A stretch of DNA of 64,000 bases from the human T2T-CHM13v2.0 reference genome, Homo sapiens (GCF_009914755.1 NC_060929.1), one strand, 5' to 3'. Numbered from the stretch's first letter, positions 1-13,450 are shown. The notes: generated by a model from the letters alone, not told the origin. Numbers and translations are program-made.

Positions 1-789
1 TCCTTATTAGATGAGATACATATTCTATTTTATACTATTTTATTCTATTGATCTAATTCATTAAAAGATAAAAAGTGATCATTATAGGCCATCAAACAAC
101 ACAAATATTGATAATTTTCTTAGAACAGTCTCTACTTAAGAAATCACCATTGTAAGAGTTCAATTCAGTTTAGCAGTTACTGATTATGCCTGACCAATGT
201 ATCCAGTGCTGGGTTAGACATCGATGAGTTTACAAAAATTGGACGAAATGCGGTTTTAGCACTTGGTACATACCATCAGCTTTATTTTCCTCCTTCTTGT
301 CATCATGGTTTGGTACATAAAGTCCCTAGAATCTAACTCTAACTTCATTATTCCCATTGATATCTTCTGACACTTCACAATTATAGAACTCTGCACCTTA
401 TTATCAGATATTCTGACACCTCTGAGATGTGTACCAGTGTTCTTTCATACAAAAATATCCTTACCTCTTTTTGTATAACTAGTATGTTACAGATATTGAA
501 AATAAGTTATCTGGGAGCCTAATCTACTTGTAGTATTTTCTTGGCCTCATTGATCACTGCCTTTAAGGAGATTACTTTATTTTATATCATGGATTCCCAA
601 ATGTTGTCGCGCCATAAAGTTTTCACAAGAATGCAATGAAATGAAAAATAAGGACGATATAATAAGTTTTGGATAGAGGTAAATTCATCCAATTTAAGGA
701 AAAGTTCCTTACATTGAGGATATTTTTATTATCTTGTTAGATTTTTAAATTATTAATTTAAAAAATCTGGTAAGTGGTATAAAGTGTAT

Positions 790-1590
790 TTTTCTCAACT
801 TTTGTTTTGGATTCAGAGAGTGCATGTGCAAGTCTGTTACATGGGTATATTGAGTGATGCTGAAATTTGGGGTTCAGGTGATCCCATCACACAGGTAATT
901 AGCATAGTACCCAATAGGTACTTTTTCAGCCCATGCTCCCCTCCCTCTTCTCTCTAGTAGTTTCCAAGGTCTATAGCTCCCATCCTTACATTTGTGTGTA
1001 CTTAATTTTCAGCTGCCATCTATAAGTGAGAATATGTGGTATTTGGTTTTTTGTTCCTGTGTTAGTTTATTTACTTAGGATAATGGCCTCCAGCTCCATC
1101 CATGTGGCTAAAAAGAACATGATTCTGTTTCATCTTTATGGCTGCATAGTGTTCCGTGTTGCATATGTTTCACATTTTCTTTATCCAATCCATCATTGAT
1201 GGGCACCTAGGTTGATTTCATATCTTTGCTATTGTGAATTGCACTGCGATGAACACATGAGTACATATGTCTTTTTGGTAGAATGATTTATATTCCTTTG
1301 GGTCTATACAAAGCAATGGGATTGCTGAGCTGAAAGGTAGTTCTGTTTTAAGTTCCTTGAAAAATCTCCAACTGCTTTCCACAGTGACTGAACTAATTTT
1401 CATTCCCACCAACAGCGTATAAGCATTCTCTTTTCTCTGCAGCCTTGCCAGCATCTGTTATTTTTCAACTTTTTAATGATCACCATTCTGACCAGCATGA
1501 AATGGTATGTTATTGTGGTTTCGATTTTCATTTCTCTGAGGATTAGTGATGATGAGCATTTTTTCATATGTTTATTGGCCACTGTGTATC
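790..1590 (-). mobile_element. Old primate L1 3' end (L1PA15/16- or L1PB-like), 5'-truncated
   Basis: Antisense L1 3'UTR plus ORF2 C-terminal remnants in the ORF track (NNRCWQGCREK; ELPFSSAIPLL). Candidate TSD TATAAAGTGT at 778-787 and 1592-1601. Confidence 0.85.
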
Positions 1591-2221
1591 ATATAAAGTG
1601 TCTTTAATAAGCTAAAACAAACCAAAAAGCATTTTTTAAAACAAACAATAAAGATCAGTCACCTTAAATTCACTTTACATTTAGAGGGTGGGATGGCTGT
1701 GGATATGATTGCTCCATTTATATAGAGTAACATAAAAATCCTGAAATGTCAAAGTTTACCTTTCTGTCAAAAGTCCCCAGTCTCCCATCTTTGACATAAG
1801 GTTATCTCCAATATGGGCTATATGTGCTTACTTTTCTCACTAAGATTTAGTTTCAATCTAACCTAGAACCCTAATATGTAGAGGGTCTTTGGCCAAAGTT
1901 CTCTGAGGATTGTCATTTTGAGTTTTAATTCTGATATTAATTCATTTCAGATGCTTATTTCATCACCTCTTCTCAGACAACTTTTTGTGAGCCAGATATT
2001 CAGTAGTTAGCTGATTTGGAAGTATTTTCAATGATTTAGACATTTTATTCAAAGGAAACTTGAGTGGCACTGGACAAACCCAACAGTGTTTTTCCCATTT
2101 CATCCATTTCTTTACATGTGGAAACAGGAATAAGAATAGTGTTTATCTAAGTCCTATCCTTGTTGTACAGATTTTATTTTCTTTACTTATACTCAGACAG
2201 CTAAAATGTGCTTATTTTTAT

Positions 2222-2375
2222 GTTATTTATTTATTTATTCATTTATTTATGTATTGGGTAGCATTTGGGTCTCACCATTAGCCCTGGCTGGTCCTGAAAT
2301 CCTGGGCTCAAGTGATGCTCACACCTCAGCCTCCAATAGTGTTGGGATTACAAGCATGAGCCACGACACCTGGCC
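2222..2375 (-). mobile_element. Free left Alu monomer (FLAM-like) with (TTTA)n tail
   Basis: Single antisense Alu arm ending GGGATTACAAGCATGAGCCACGACACCTGGCC. Confidence 0.75.
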
Positions 2376-2642
2376 TCTCTATTTATTTTTATAATCACTA
2401 TCTTAGAATTGATATATTATTACTGATTTTAAAATACAAGTATCTCTAAGTTGAATTAATATGGAGGAAAAAACCCTACAAGGATGCACAAGAAACTTCA
2501 AAGCCAGTGATTGTGAGGAAGAGGAGTGGGAACCAGCAGATGGAGAACAAAGATGAGAGGGATACCTTTTGCTGTATACTTTTATGTGCAGTTTTTGCTT
2601 TAAGAACAGTGTGAGATTATTACATTTTCAAAAGTAAAAAGA

Positions 2643-3020
<378 letters not shown>

Positions 3021-3096
3021 TCATAATAAAAGAATTAGATTGGTAATACTGAGGAATTTAGAGTCCAAAGAGTTGATATAAGTTAACATTGGAGGT

Positions 3097-3349
3097 GTAA
3101 TCAGACCAGAGTTCTGACCCAAATAATAATAAACATTAACTCCGAAGAAGTGGCCACTCCTGGAAAAGACCTCTAACAAAGCTGTGCCAGCAGACACAGC
3201 AATAGGCAACAAAGCTAAAGCCAAAGCTCAGGTTCTGGCCGGAGCCACTCTAGAGGTGGTTTAGATCCACTTAGTAAACCAGAGCAGACCCCCAAGAAAC
3301 TATCCAAGAGTCAGCAGTCATGGCCATGCATCCAGCTCGCAGAACCAAT
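3097..3349 (-). mobile_element. Probable ERVL internal (5' leader) fragment adjoining the MER74 LTR
   Basis: On the minus strand the LTR end ...AAACA is followed by ATTGGTTCTGCGAG, in the position expected for a PBS. The extent is inferred. Confidence 0.4.
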
Positions 3350-4985
3350 TGTTTCTAAGATTGATTTATAACATTTAAAGGGGTTTGGATCACAATCCCA
3401 AAAGAGACAGTTCCGTCCATAATCCTGAATGTTGAAATCCCGGAAAGATCAAAATCCCTAATGTCTAAAATTCCAAAAATCACAATTCCAAAGGTTAAAA
3501 TACCAAATGTTGAAATCCTTAAAGCTGAATTCTGGGGAAGGGATTAGTGTGTTTTTGATTGTATACAGTAAAGTTGCATCTTATTAGGCAAAACTATTAC
3601 CTTGTTATCATCTTTATTTTGGAAATTAAGTACGGTTTAAAGAGATGCATCTGGATGCCAAATTGACAAGGGGTGGACTTGTGGAGTTAATTCTAGGTGT
3701 CAATTTGACAATATTAGGGAACACCTAGGAAACCTGTAAAGCATTATTTTGGGTGTGTCTTTGAGAGTGTTTGCAGAGGAGATTAGTAATTGAGTCTGAA
3801 TAAAGTAGGTGGGAAAGATCTGCCTGCAGCATAGTCAGGCACCATCCAACTGGCCAAGGACCTGAACAGAACAAATACAAAACGTGAACTTGTCTCTCTC
3901 TGTGAGCTGGGACAGACTTTTTTTCTGCCACCTTGGACAGAAATTTGATTCCACAAAAGTGCATTGTCACAACATTGACTTTGTGTGTAAGCCTTGTGTG
4001 TATACATAAAAACATAGAAACTTCCTCAATAAATGAGGAGATGTCTTTTTTGTACATGTGCATTTGTAAAAGATAAAATTTCTTGGCTTCTAGGGTGGCT
4101 GCACATGTGGTGGTGGCCATCACGGTTTTAGATCCATCTTGTGAAAAGGCTTGGGTTGTCTCTTAGCGTATTTCAGAGAATTGCATTATTGAGCTGGTTA
4201 TACACAATTACCAACCATAATGACATACATTTATATATTTTGCTTTTTCACCTATTTCTTTATGAATATGAATATGGTTTGTCTGCTTATAACTTTATGC
4301 CTGTGCTACTGTTATTATACCTGAGTGTTTGTTTGCAAAAATATACACTATTATTTACCTATTTTACCATGTAAAGTGGCCTGTGAAGTGTTCTGTCATG
4401 CTTTCATATGTTTCTCAAATAAATATATTTTAGAAATGTAAATAAATATCTTTCAAATTATTTTTATAATTGTATTTTTGGGATATTGATATTTCAGAAT
4501 TTCAACAATTGAGATTATGGCTTTCAGGACTGTCTTCTGGGATTATGATCAGCTCCCGATTTAAAGATTTTTTTGATGGCAGGATACAAAACATTGATAT
4601 TCCAAACCAGAGAAAGCTGCCAGGCAGGGCCCACAGAGAGTTGCATCCAGGAACAGGGTAATAGCAAGCTGCAGCTATAGGGGGCAACGTGCATATGTCA
4701 AGTGCGGTGAGGTTAGCTAGGTTTTGCAGGATCCCGGTGGATCAGCTAATTTGAATGATTTCACAAGGCTCCAGGGCAGAGGGATTGTCTCTAGTTTTCT
4801 GGTACCTACAGCTGGGGCAATTAGGGCAGGTGTATAGTGGCCCAGACTGTGATCACCCATAAAGGAAGTTGTTGGAGTATACACATACCTGTTCAAGAAG
4901 GGGAACTGACCTACCTCTAGTCAAGGCCTCAAAACTGGGTCAAGAAAACATTAAAAAACAAAACAAAATGAAACTTTATTATACT
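3350..4985 (-). mobile_element. MER74-type ERVL LTR split by a Ricksha insertion (pieces 3350-3380 and 4558-4985)
   Basis: The reverse complement reads TCTTGACCCAGTTTTGAGGCCTTGACTAGAGG...AGTTCCCCTTCTTGAACAG, matching MER74 as I recall it. The LTR end is continuous across the TSD. Confidence 0.7.
3381..4557 (+). mobile_element. Ricksha non-autonomous MuDR/MULE DNA transposon carrying an MLT2-like LTR fragment (about 3680-3940)
   Basis: Starts GGGTTTGGATCACAATCCCA and ends TGGGATTATGATCAGCTCCC (TIRs). Subterminal AATCCC repeats. 9-bp TSD CATTTAAAG (3372-3380) / GATTTAAAG (4558-4566). Confidence 0.85.
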
Positions 4986-4989
4986 TGTT

Positions 4990-5095
4990 AAAAAGACACA
5001 TTCCTAAACCCCTCTCCAAACCTCCTGAATTGACTTTCTTGGTCATGAGGCTTGGGAATATGCAGTTTTAACATTTTCTCCAGGTGAATTGAATT
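4990..5095. mobile_element. MER5-like hAT-Charlie fragment
   Basis: GAGGCTTGGGAATATGCAGTTTTAACATTTTCTCCAGGTGAATT resembles the MER5 core. Confidence 0.55.
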
Positions 5096-5119
5096 TACAG
5101 TAAGTTTACAGAGAGCTCA

Positions 5120-5320
5120 GGTTGGGCTCTGGAGTTAACCTGTCTGGGTTAGTGTCTAGATCCACCAGTTGTAGCCCCTGAGCCCCTCACTTCACTTCTT
5201 TAGTTCCCAGATTTCTCACTGTAAAATTGGATAGAATAATAGCACCTACATCCTAAGGTGGTATGAACATTAAATGAAATAACATATAAAGTAGAGTGCT
5301 TGCCACATCCAAGTGCTTGT
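5120..5320 (+). mobile_element. MIR SINE
   Basis: GGCTCTGGAGTT...TTTCTCACTGTAAAATTGGATAGAATAATAGCACCTAC core. Confidence 0.75.
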
Positions 5321-5364
5321 GTTAAGCTTAAAAAACTTTAAATTTCTTTGAAAAACTAGAACTA

Positions 5365-5643
5365 GGCCAGGCATGGTGGCTGACACCTGTAATCCCAGCA
5401 CTTTGGGAGGCCAATGCGGGTGAATCACATGAGGTCAGGAGTTCGAGGCCAGCCTGGCCAACATGGTGAAACCTTGTCGCTAATAAAAATACAAAAATTA
5501 GCTGGGCATGGTGGTGCATGCCTGTAGTCCCAGCTACCCAGGAGGCTGAGGCAGAATCGCTTGGACCCAGGAGGTGGTGGTTGCAATGAGCTGAGATCGT
5601 GCTGATCCAGCCTGGGCAATGGAGCTAGACTCAGTCTCAAAAG
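5365..5643 (+). mobile_element. AluS
   Basis: Dimeric Alu with a very short tail. TSD GAAAAACTAGAA at 5350-5361 and 5643-5654. Confidence 0.95.
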
Positions 5644-6261
5644 AAAAACTAGAATGATAAAAATCCAATATCTTAAAACATTTCCTTTAAAAGGATTGTG
5701 CTAGTTGCATGTCATTTAGGAAATACTAATGCAGAATCCAGTCAAGTATATTTCTCAATAATTTTTAATTTTAGGAGTCACTAATCAGGGTAGCCATGAG
5801 AAAATTCTTTTTCCATCTAGTCCATCTTCATTTGAAATGAATCATCTTTATTTTTTTGCAGCATTTGTATCTTTCTGAAGTCTTTAAAATTTTGTTGATA
5901 GTACATGTTTCATAGCCAAAACAATAATAATAATAATGAAGCAACAAAGAGAGAAAGAAAAAGAAACACTTTTTTAAAACACTTTAATCTTCATTCCATC
6001 ATTCCTTCAGGAGAGAATTGATTACTACTTGCTTGCAACTTTAGAAGCACACGAAACCTTATTGGCATCTCCAAGATCTGTTTTGTCCTTTCACCTCTTA
6101 GCCACATGAAAGCAAAATTGGCTGTAATGTGATATTAGTGGTCTGCAAGAAAATGTGAAATGTCTTTTTTTCAGTTTACAAGAAAATCATATTCCATTCT
6201 CAAAAGATAACACTTCCATGACAATTAAAAGGGAACTAATATTTTAAAAAATTAATTTAAA

Positions 6262-6400
6262 AAATTTTTCCAGTTTTATGGAATCAAATACATATTGACA
6301 AAATGGTATATTTTAAGGTGTACTACATGATGTTTTGACATCATCTCCCATTGTTAGTTGTTGGGTGTGGTGAGAACATTAAGATCTACTCTCTTAACAA
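6262..6400 (-). mobile_element. L1MA-type 3' end fragment
   Basis: TTTAAGGTGTACTACATGATGTTTTGA...GTGGTGAGAACATTAAGATCTACTCTCTTA. Confidence 0.55.
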
Positions 6401-6856
6401 AAAATTAATTTTAAAATATTAAGATTTATACCTCTTTTCTGTGAGCAAATGGTTTCACAGGCTTCTATCTGTTTTATTACTTTTAACTTACACTTTGAGT
6501 TTACTAGAATGTGATTGTTCATACAAAAAGTGAGTTTTATACACTAATTTTATAAAACTCTCACTGAATATGTGAGAATGCCACATTTCTTCCTATCTAA
6601 TTGGTTAAATGATAAAGGATTTTAAAAATAAGAATCAATTTAGCCATACTATTAAAATCAGGAAAGTGTCTATATTCAGTTATCCTACTCATTGAAATTA
6701 TAAAAATAAGTAATATTTGCTTTGTTAAATCTTCAGTAACTTCAGATTGTTGATTAAAGTTGAAAGAAACTCTTAACTTTTAATGAGACCATCTTTATTT
6801 TCTTATTGGCCACAGTTTATAAAACTTAAATTTTATAGACACTGTAGTTTTAAAGG

Positions 6857-9490
6857 ATTTTTTAAAATATACTTTAAGTTCTGGGATACATGTGCAGAAC
6901 ATGCAGGTTTGTTACATAGGTATACATGTGCCATGGTGGTTTGCTGTACCCATCAACCCATCATCTACATTAGGTATTTCTCCTAATGCTATCCCTCTTC
7001 TTCCCTCTACCCCTTGACAGGCCCCAGTGTGTGATGTTCCCATGCCTGCCCCCATATGTTCTCATTGTTCAACTGCCACTTATGAGTGAGAACACGTGGT
7101 ATTTGTTTTTCTGTTCCTGTGTTAGTTTGCTGAGAATGATGGTTTCCAGCTTCATCCATGTCCCTGCAAAGGACATGAACTCATTCTTTTGTATAGCTGC
7201 ATAGTATTCCATGGTGTATATGTGCCACATTTTCTTTATCCAGTCCATCATTGATGGGCATTTGGGTTGGTTCAAAGTCTTTGCTATTGTGAATAGTGCT
7301 GCATTAAACATACCTGTGCATGTGTCTTTATAGCAGAATGATTTATACTCCTTTGGGTATATACCTAGTAATGGGATTGCTGAGTCAAATGGTATTTCTA
7401 GTTCTACATCCTTGAGGAATCGCCTCACTGTCTTCCACAATGGTTGAATTAACTTACACTCCCAACAACAGTGTAAAAGCATTTGTATTTCTCCACATCC
7501 TCTCCAGCATCTGTTGTTTCCTAACTTTTTATTGATCGCCATTCTAAATGGCGTGAGATGGTATCTCATTGTGATTTTGATTTGCATTTCTCTAATGACC
7601 AGTGATGATAAGCTTTTTTAAATGTGTTTGTTGGCCACATAAATGTCTTCTTTTGAGAAGTGTCTGTTCATATCCTTCACCCACTTTTTGATGGTGTTGT
7701 TTTTTTTCTTGTAAATTTCTTTGAATTTCCTGTAGATTTTGGGTATTAGCCCTTTTTCAGATGGATAGATTGCAAACATTTTCTCCCATTTTGTAGGTTG
7801 CCTGTTCACTCTGATGATAGTTTCTTTTATGGTGCAGAAGTTCTATAGTTTAATTAGATACCATTTGTCAATTTTGGTTTTTGTTTCCATTGATTTTGGT
7901 GTTTTAGTCGTGAAGTCTTTGCCCATGCCTATGTCCTCAATGGTATTGCCTAGGTTTTCTTCTAGGTTTCTATGGTTTTAGGTCTTACATTTAAATATTT
8001 AATCCATCTTGAGTTAATTTTTTATAAGGTGTAAAGAAGAGGTCCAGTTTCAGTTTTCTGCATATGGCTCGCCAGTTTTCCCAATACCATTTATTAAATA
8101 AGAAATCCTTTCCCCATTTCTTGTTTTTGTCAGGTTTTCAAATGTCAGATGTTTGTAGACATGTGGTGTTATTTCTGAGGCCTCTGTTCTGGTCCATTGG
8201 TCTATATATCTGTTTTGGTACCAGTACCATGCTGCTTTGGTTCTGTAGCCTTGTAGTATAGTTTGAAGTCAGGTAGAGCAATGCCTCCAACTTTGTTCTT
8301 TTTGCTTAGGATTGTCTTGGCTATAGAGGCTCTTTTTTGGTTCCATATGAAATTTAAAGTAGTTTTTTTCTAGTTCTGTGAAGAAAGTCAATGGCAGCTT
8401 GATGGGAATAGCATTGAATCTATAAATTACTTTGGGCAGTATGGCCATTTTCACAATATTGATTTTTCCTATCCATGAGCATGGAATGTTTTTCCATTTG
8501 TTTGTGTCCTTTCTTATTTCCTTGAGCAGTGGTTTGTAGTTCTCCTTGAAGGAGTCCTTTACATCCCTTTTAAGTTGTATGTAGCAGTTGTGAATGGGAG
8601 TTCACTCATGATTTGGCTCTCTGTTTGTCTGTTATTGGTGTATAGGAATGCTTGTGATTTTTGGACATTGATTTTCTATCCTGAGACTTTGCTGAAGTTG
8701 CTTATCAGCTTAAGGAGTTTTTGGGCTGAGACAATGGGGTGTTCTAAATATGCAGTCATATCATCTGCAAACAGAGATGATTTGACTTCTTTTCTTCCTA
8801 TTTGAATTCCCTTTATTTCTTTCTCTTGCCTGATTGCCCTGGTCAGAACTTCCAATACTATGCTGAATAGGAGTGGTAAGAGAAGGCATCCTTGTCTTGT
8901 GCTGGTTTTCAAAGGGAATGCTTTCAGCTTTTGCCGATTCAGTATGATATTGGCTGTGGGTTCGTCATAAATAGCTCTTATTATTTTGAGATACGTTCCA
9001 TCAATACCTAGTTTTTTGAGTATTTTTGGCATGAAGGGGTGTTGAATTTTCTCGAAGGCCTTTGCTGCATCTATTGAGATAATCACTTGGTTTTTGTCAT
9101 TGGTTCTGTTTATGTGATGGATTATGTTTATTGATTTGCATATGTTGAACTAGGCTTGCCTCCCAGGGATGAAGATGACTTGATTGTGGTGGATAAGCTT
9201 TTTAATGTGCTGCTGGATTCATTTTGCCAGTATTTTATTGAGTATTTTCACATCACTGTTCATCAGGGATATTGGCCTGAATTTTTATGTTGTTGTTGTT
9301 GTGTTGTGTCTCTGCCTGGTTTTGGTATCCAGATGATGCTTGCCTCATAAAATGAGTTAGGGAGGAGTCTCTCTTTTTCTATTTTTGGAATAGTTTCAGA
9401 AGGAATGGTACCAAACTCCTCTTTGTACCTCTGGTAGAATTCAGCTGTGAATCCATCTGGTCCTGGGCTTCTTTTGGTTGTTAGTCTATA
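6857..9490 (-). mobile_element. L1PA7-like LINE-1, 5'-truncated, ORF2 broken
   Basis: ORF2 fragments at 7069-7587, 7618-7809, 8269-8454, 8676-9086 ([15 protein letters not shown]) and 9263-9526. Primate L1 3'UTR at the left end. Confidence 0.95.
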
Positions 9491-9585
9491 AAGTACTTCT
9501 TCAAAATACATGAGTTCATTTCTCATTCCTTCACACTGGACTGCTCTCAGGGATCAGATTTGCTATTAAAAATAAAACAATAGTT

Positions 9586-9873
9586 GACTGGGCACCGTGG
9601 CTCATGCCACCCAGCCTTTTGCAAGGCCAAGGTGGGAAGATCACTTGAGACCAGGAGTTCGAGGCCAGCCTGGACAACATAGCACAACCCCATCTTTACA
9701 AAAACCTAAAAAGTAAGCCAGGCATGGCCGTGCATGCCTGTGGTTTTAGCTACTCAGTCAGCTGAGGCAGGAGGATTGCTTGAGCCCAGGAATTCAAGGC
9801 TGCAGTGAGCCATGATCACTTCACTGCACTCCAGCCTGGGCAACAGAGTGAGAGTCTGTCTCAAAAAAAAAAA
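9586..9873 (+). mobile_element. AluJ
   Basis: GAGGATTGCTTGAGCCCAGGAATTCAAGGCTGCAGTGAGC is typical of AluJ. Highly diverged. Confidence 0.9.
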
Positions 9874-9893
9874 TATATATATATATATATACA

Positions 9894-9950
<57 letters not shown>
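9874..9950. repeat. Compound (TA)n(CA)n(TA)n microsatellite
   Basis: Seen directly after the Alu A tail. Confidence 0.95.
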
Positions 9951-10119
9951 CCTTAATGTATCCCGAACAACAGTTCCTGGTTTTCCAGTAACATGTTCAC
10001 TGTACATTTTATATTTTCCATCATCCCAAGTGTTTATCCTCAATTCTCACCATCTAATCCCTTTAAGTGTCTAGTTATGCATGCCAATAATCACAATAAG
10101 CAGAATATCAAAAATATAG

Positions 10120-10370
10120 CTACCATGGATTGGTGTACCTGCTGTGTAACAAGGCAACAGCCTGAGTTCTGTTACATAGCTATTATTTTATTTATTCCGC
10201 AGAACATTCCCAGGATAAAAATAACATCACTTTCATCTTTTCACATGAGAGAAGGGTGCACAATTAGAGACATTAAATAAATTGCCCAGGACCCCAAAAC
10301 TCTTAATTGGATGACACAAAATTCAAACTCCAGCCCCTTTAACTCCAAAGTCCATTCTCTCAACCATCAG
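10120..10370 (-). mobile_element. MIR SINE
   Basis: TTTTCACATGAGA...ATTAAATAAATTGCCCAGGACC...AACTCCAAAGTCCATTCTCTCAACCA. Confidence 0.65.
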
Positions 10371-10504
10371 CTAAGTGCCTTCCCTCTGTTGAGAAAGCAT
10401 CACACTCTCCAGTCACACACCTATGACAGAAGTAACATTCTCTATTTGTTCTTACTATGGAAAAACTCTCTTCTTTCTGGGCTCAGACTGAGTGGACATG
10501 ACTT

Positions 10505-10710
10505 AGCACTCTGCAATGGAAATATAAGTCACGACGTGTGTATTTTTAAATGTATTAGTACACATTTAAAAACACATTAAAAATAAGAAACAGGTGAAAT
10601 TTTTTTAAATAATATATTTTAACCAACACAATATATTGAAAATATTATCATTTCAGCATGTCACTAGCCCATTTCATGGTCCAAATAGCCACTTGTGGGA
10701 CAATGCAGGC
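10505..10710 (+). mobile_element. MER33-like hAT-Charlie MITE
   Basis: AAGAAACAGGTGAAATT...TATTATCATTTCAGCATGT...AAATAGCCACTTGTGG...GACAATGCAG. Confidence 0.65.
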
Positions 10711-10964
10711 TTAATATCTTCAAATTAGACTATCCACGGGATCATTTATTTAAATATAAATACTGTCTTATCACAGATATTAAAAAGTCTAAATTATAAC
10801 ATTTAAAATAATAAAAAATCCATTAGTTTTCATAAAGAATATCTAATGAGTATTTCCTATACAATCCTCTAATGAAGATGAGAAATTATCTCTCCAAGTC
10901 ATTGAGGTACATAATCAGGAGTGGTATCTTGGACTATGAGTTATGAAATCTCATCATATTCTTC

Positions 10965-12012
10965 TATTTTTTAAATTCTTATTTTAGATTCGGGGGTGTG
11001 TGTGCAGGTGTTTTACATGGATATATGTGTATAATGATGAGTTTTGGGCTTCTAGTATACCTATCACCCAAACAGTGAACATTGTACCCAATAGGTTGTT
11101 TTTCAAACCTTCCATTCTTCTCCCTTTTAGAGTCCTAGTGTCTGTTGTTTCCAACTTTATGCCCATCTGTACCAGTGTATAGGTCCTGTTTATAAGTGAG
11201 AACATTCAGTATTTGATTTTCTGTTTCTAAGTTATTTCACTTAGGATAATGGCCTCCAGCTCCTTCCATATTGCTGAAAAGAATACGATTTCATTCTTTT
11301 ATATGGATGCATAGTATTTCATGATGTACATATACCACATTTCTTTATCCATTCTTCTGTTGATAAACATTTAAGCTGATTCCATTACCTTGCTAGCATG
11401 AATAGTGCTGTAATGGATATGCAAGTACAAGTGTCTTTTCGATATAACAATTCCTTTTACTTTCTTTCAACCCAGTAGTGGTATTGCTGGGTTGAATGGC
11501 AATTCTATTTTTTGTGTTTTGAGGAAGCTCCATACTATTTTCCATAGAACTTGTACTAATTTACATTCCCACAAACAATGTATAAGCGTTACATTTTTTT
11601 CATATTCACACCAATATATGTTGGTTTTGACTTCTTTTTTAAAAAATTTTATTATTATTATACTTTAAGTTTTAGGGTACATGTGCACAACGTGCAGGTT
11701 TGTTACATATGTATACATGTGCCATATTGGTGTGCTGCACCCATTAACTTGTCATTTGGCATTAGGTATATCTCCTAATTCTATCCCTCACCCCTCCCCC
11801 GACCCCACAACAGTCTCCGGTGTGTGATGTTCCCCTTCCTGTGTCCTTAATAGCCATTTTGAGTGATAGAAGATGGTATCTTATTGTGGTTTTAATTTGC
11901 ATTTCTCTGATGATTAGTGGTGTTGAATATTTTTCATGTTTGTTTGCCACTTGTATGTCTTCTTTTGAGAAACATCTGTTCATGTCTTTTGCTTACTTTT
12001 TAATTAAGTTAT
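10965..12012 (-). mobile_element. L1PB-type 3' end interrupted by a younger L1PA fragment
   Basis: L1PB-type 3'UTR (TTTTGGGCTTCTAGTATACCTATCACCCAAACAGTGAACATTGTACCCAATAGG). ORF2 tail [13 protein letters not shown]. Confidence 0.85.
11634..11848 (-). mobile_element. Short L1PA3/4-like 3'UTR insertion nested in the L1PB
   Basis: TATACTTTAAGTTTTAGGGTACATGTGCACAACGTGCAGG...CTTCCTGTGTCC. The host resumes at TTAATAGCCATT. Confidence 0.85.
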
Positions 12013-13044
12013 TTGACCATCTTCAGAGTAAGCCACTGTGGGGCCTGAGCAGGGTAGGGTAGTGTCATTGTCATTGGAGGTAACATTGTCATTACTCAGG
12101 TTTATAAACCACTGGCTTTTCAACATTTGCAGCTCAAGGCTTCACTGTTTGGTTATCTTTAGAAATAACTTTTTGTGTAATTAGCAGAGTTGACATTGGG
12201 CATGAGAGTCTTAAGGAGGGAGTTTGTTTTCAGAAAATATTTTATGTGGAGTAATCTTACAGAAACATCTTATTTTTTTTTAAAGTACAGAAACTCCAGA
12301 TGGTTTCACCATCTTTAGTTTATTCTTTTGTTATGTGGCACTTATTAACCCCGTCCAAAATGCTGGCTCCAGTAAACCTCGCCAAAGCTTTAAAAGTAAA
12401 ATGTTTTATGAAATTTTACATTTTTAAATTATGCAAGACTGCTCTAATTTCACAAAGTGTCCTTAATGGCATTTATTATTATGATCTATTGGTTATAACT
12501 AATTAAAACTGAATTACATTAAATATAATTACTGTATCACACTTGATTTCTAGTGTCTGCTTGCATATTTTCTTTATTCTCCCATCTCTCCCCTTAATAA
12601 TCCGTAAAAGTCAGCAATCAATTTCATGTACCTTTATTGCTTAAATTTAAAAAGGCATGTAGGTGGAGCCAACTCATTTTAAAAATTTTAAAATGGACAT
12701 AAAATATTTTCCCTGCTTTCATGTATTATAAATTTGATACCGAAGGAGTGAATATAAAAGGAAATGCTTTTTAAAAAGGAAAACACACACCTTATTTGTG
12801 AAGATTATCCCATTTTACTCTTTATGGCACTCACACTTTGGCTTTGGAGTCCCTCAGCTTTTCCTTACTTCTACTTGTCCCATGGATTTATTTTTGAAAT
12901 TTAACAAAATAATGCATATAAAGTGCTTGCACATCTCTGATAACACAAACATGTGTCAGATTGATTTATCTCCTTCCTCATTTTTCTTCTCCTTTATCAT
13001 AATGATCATTATAATTACAATGAATTCTGCCTATTTGCCTAAGA

Positions 13045-13450
13045 GCTGGTTCGTGAGTATTCCACAGCTAGCTTGCAAGAGCCAACTGTTGAATTTTCAG
13101 GAATTTTATGAGCTGATTCTTAAACATAGCCATTATTAGAACTTAAACTATAAACTTACAATTAAATAAATTACATAAAATTTAATAAATACTGAAAACA
13201 CAATCTGTAATTATTTTAGCACATTTTATATTTTCTATGCTCTTGAGGTTATTTGTATCCTTTGTCTCAGTGTGGTAGAAATACTTTATACTGTTGAGCT
13301 ACTGTACATCTCTTCTCAACTCTGCATTCAGTGACATCATATTGGTGGCTTGAAACTGCCCATGGTGGAATATTTACAGTGCAGAAATCATCAAATTCCA
13401 AAAATTGAGGCTTTTTTCCCCATTGGAGAGTCATTCGTTAAAATTTACCT
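13045..13450 (+). mobile_element. MER63 hAT-Blackjack element
   Basis: GCAAGAGCCAACTGTTGAATTTTCAGGAATTTTATGAGCTGATTCTTAAACATAGCCATTATT ... GGAGAGTCATTCGTTAAAATTTACC. Confidence 0.7.

Noticed and set aside
3725-4123. The 132-aa ORF as a MuDR transposase remnant
   Set aside because: It is antisense across the LTR fragment and the non-coding Ricksha body, with no transposase motifs.
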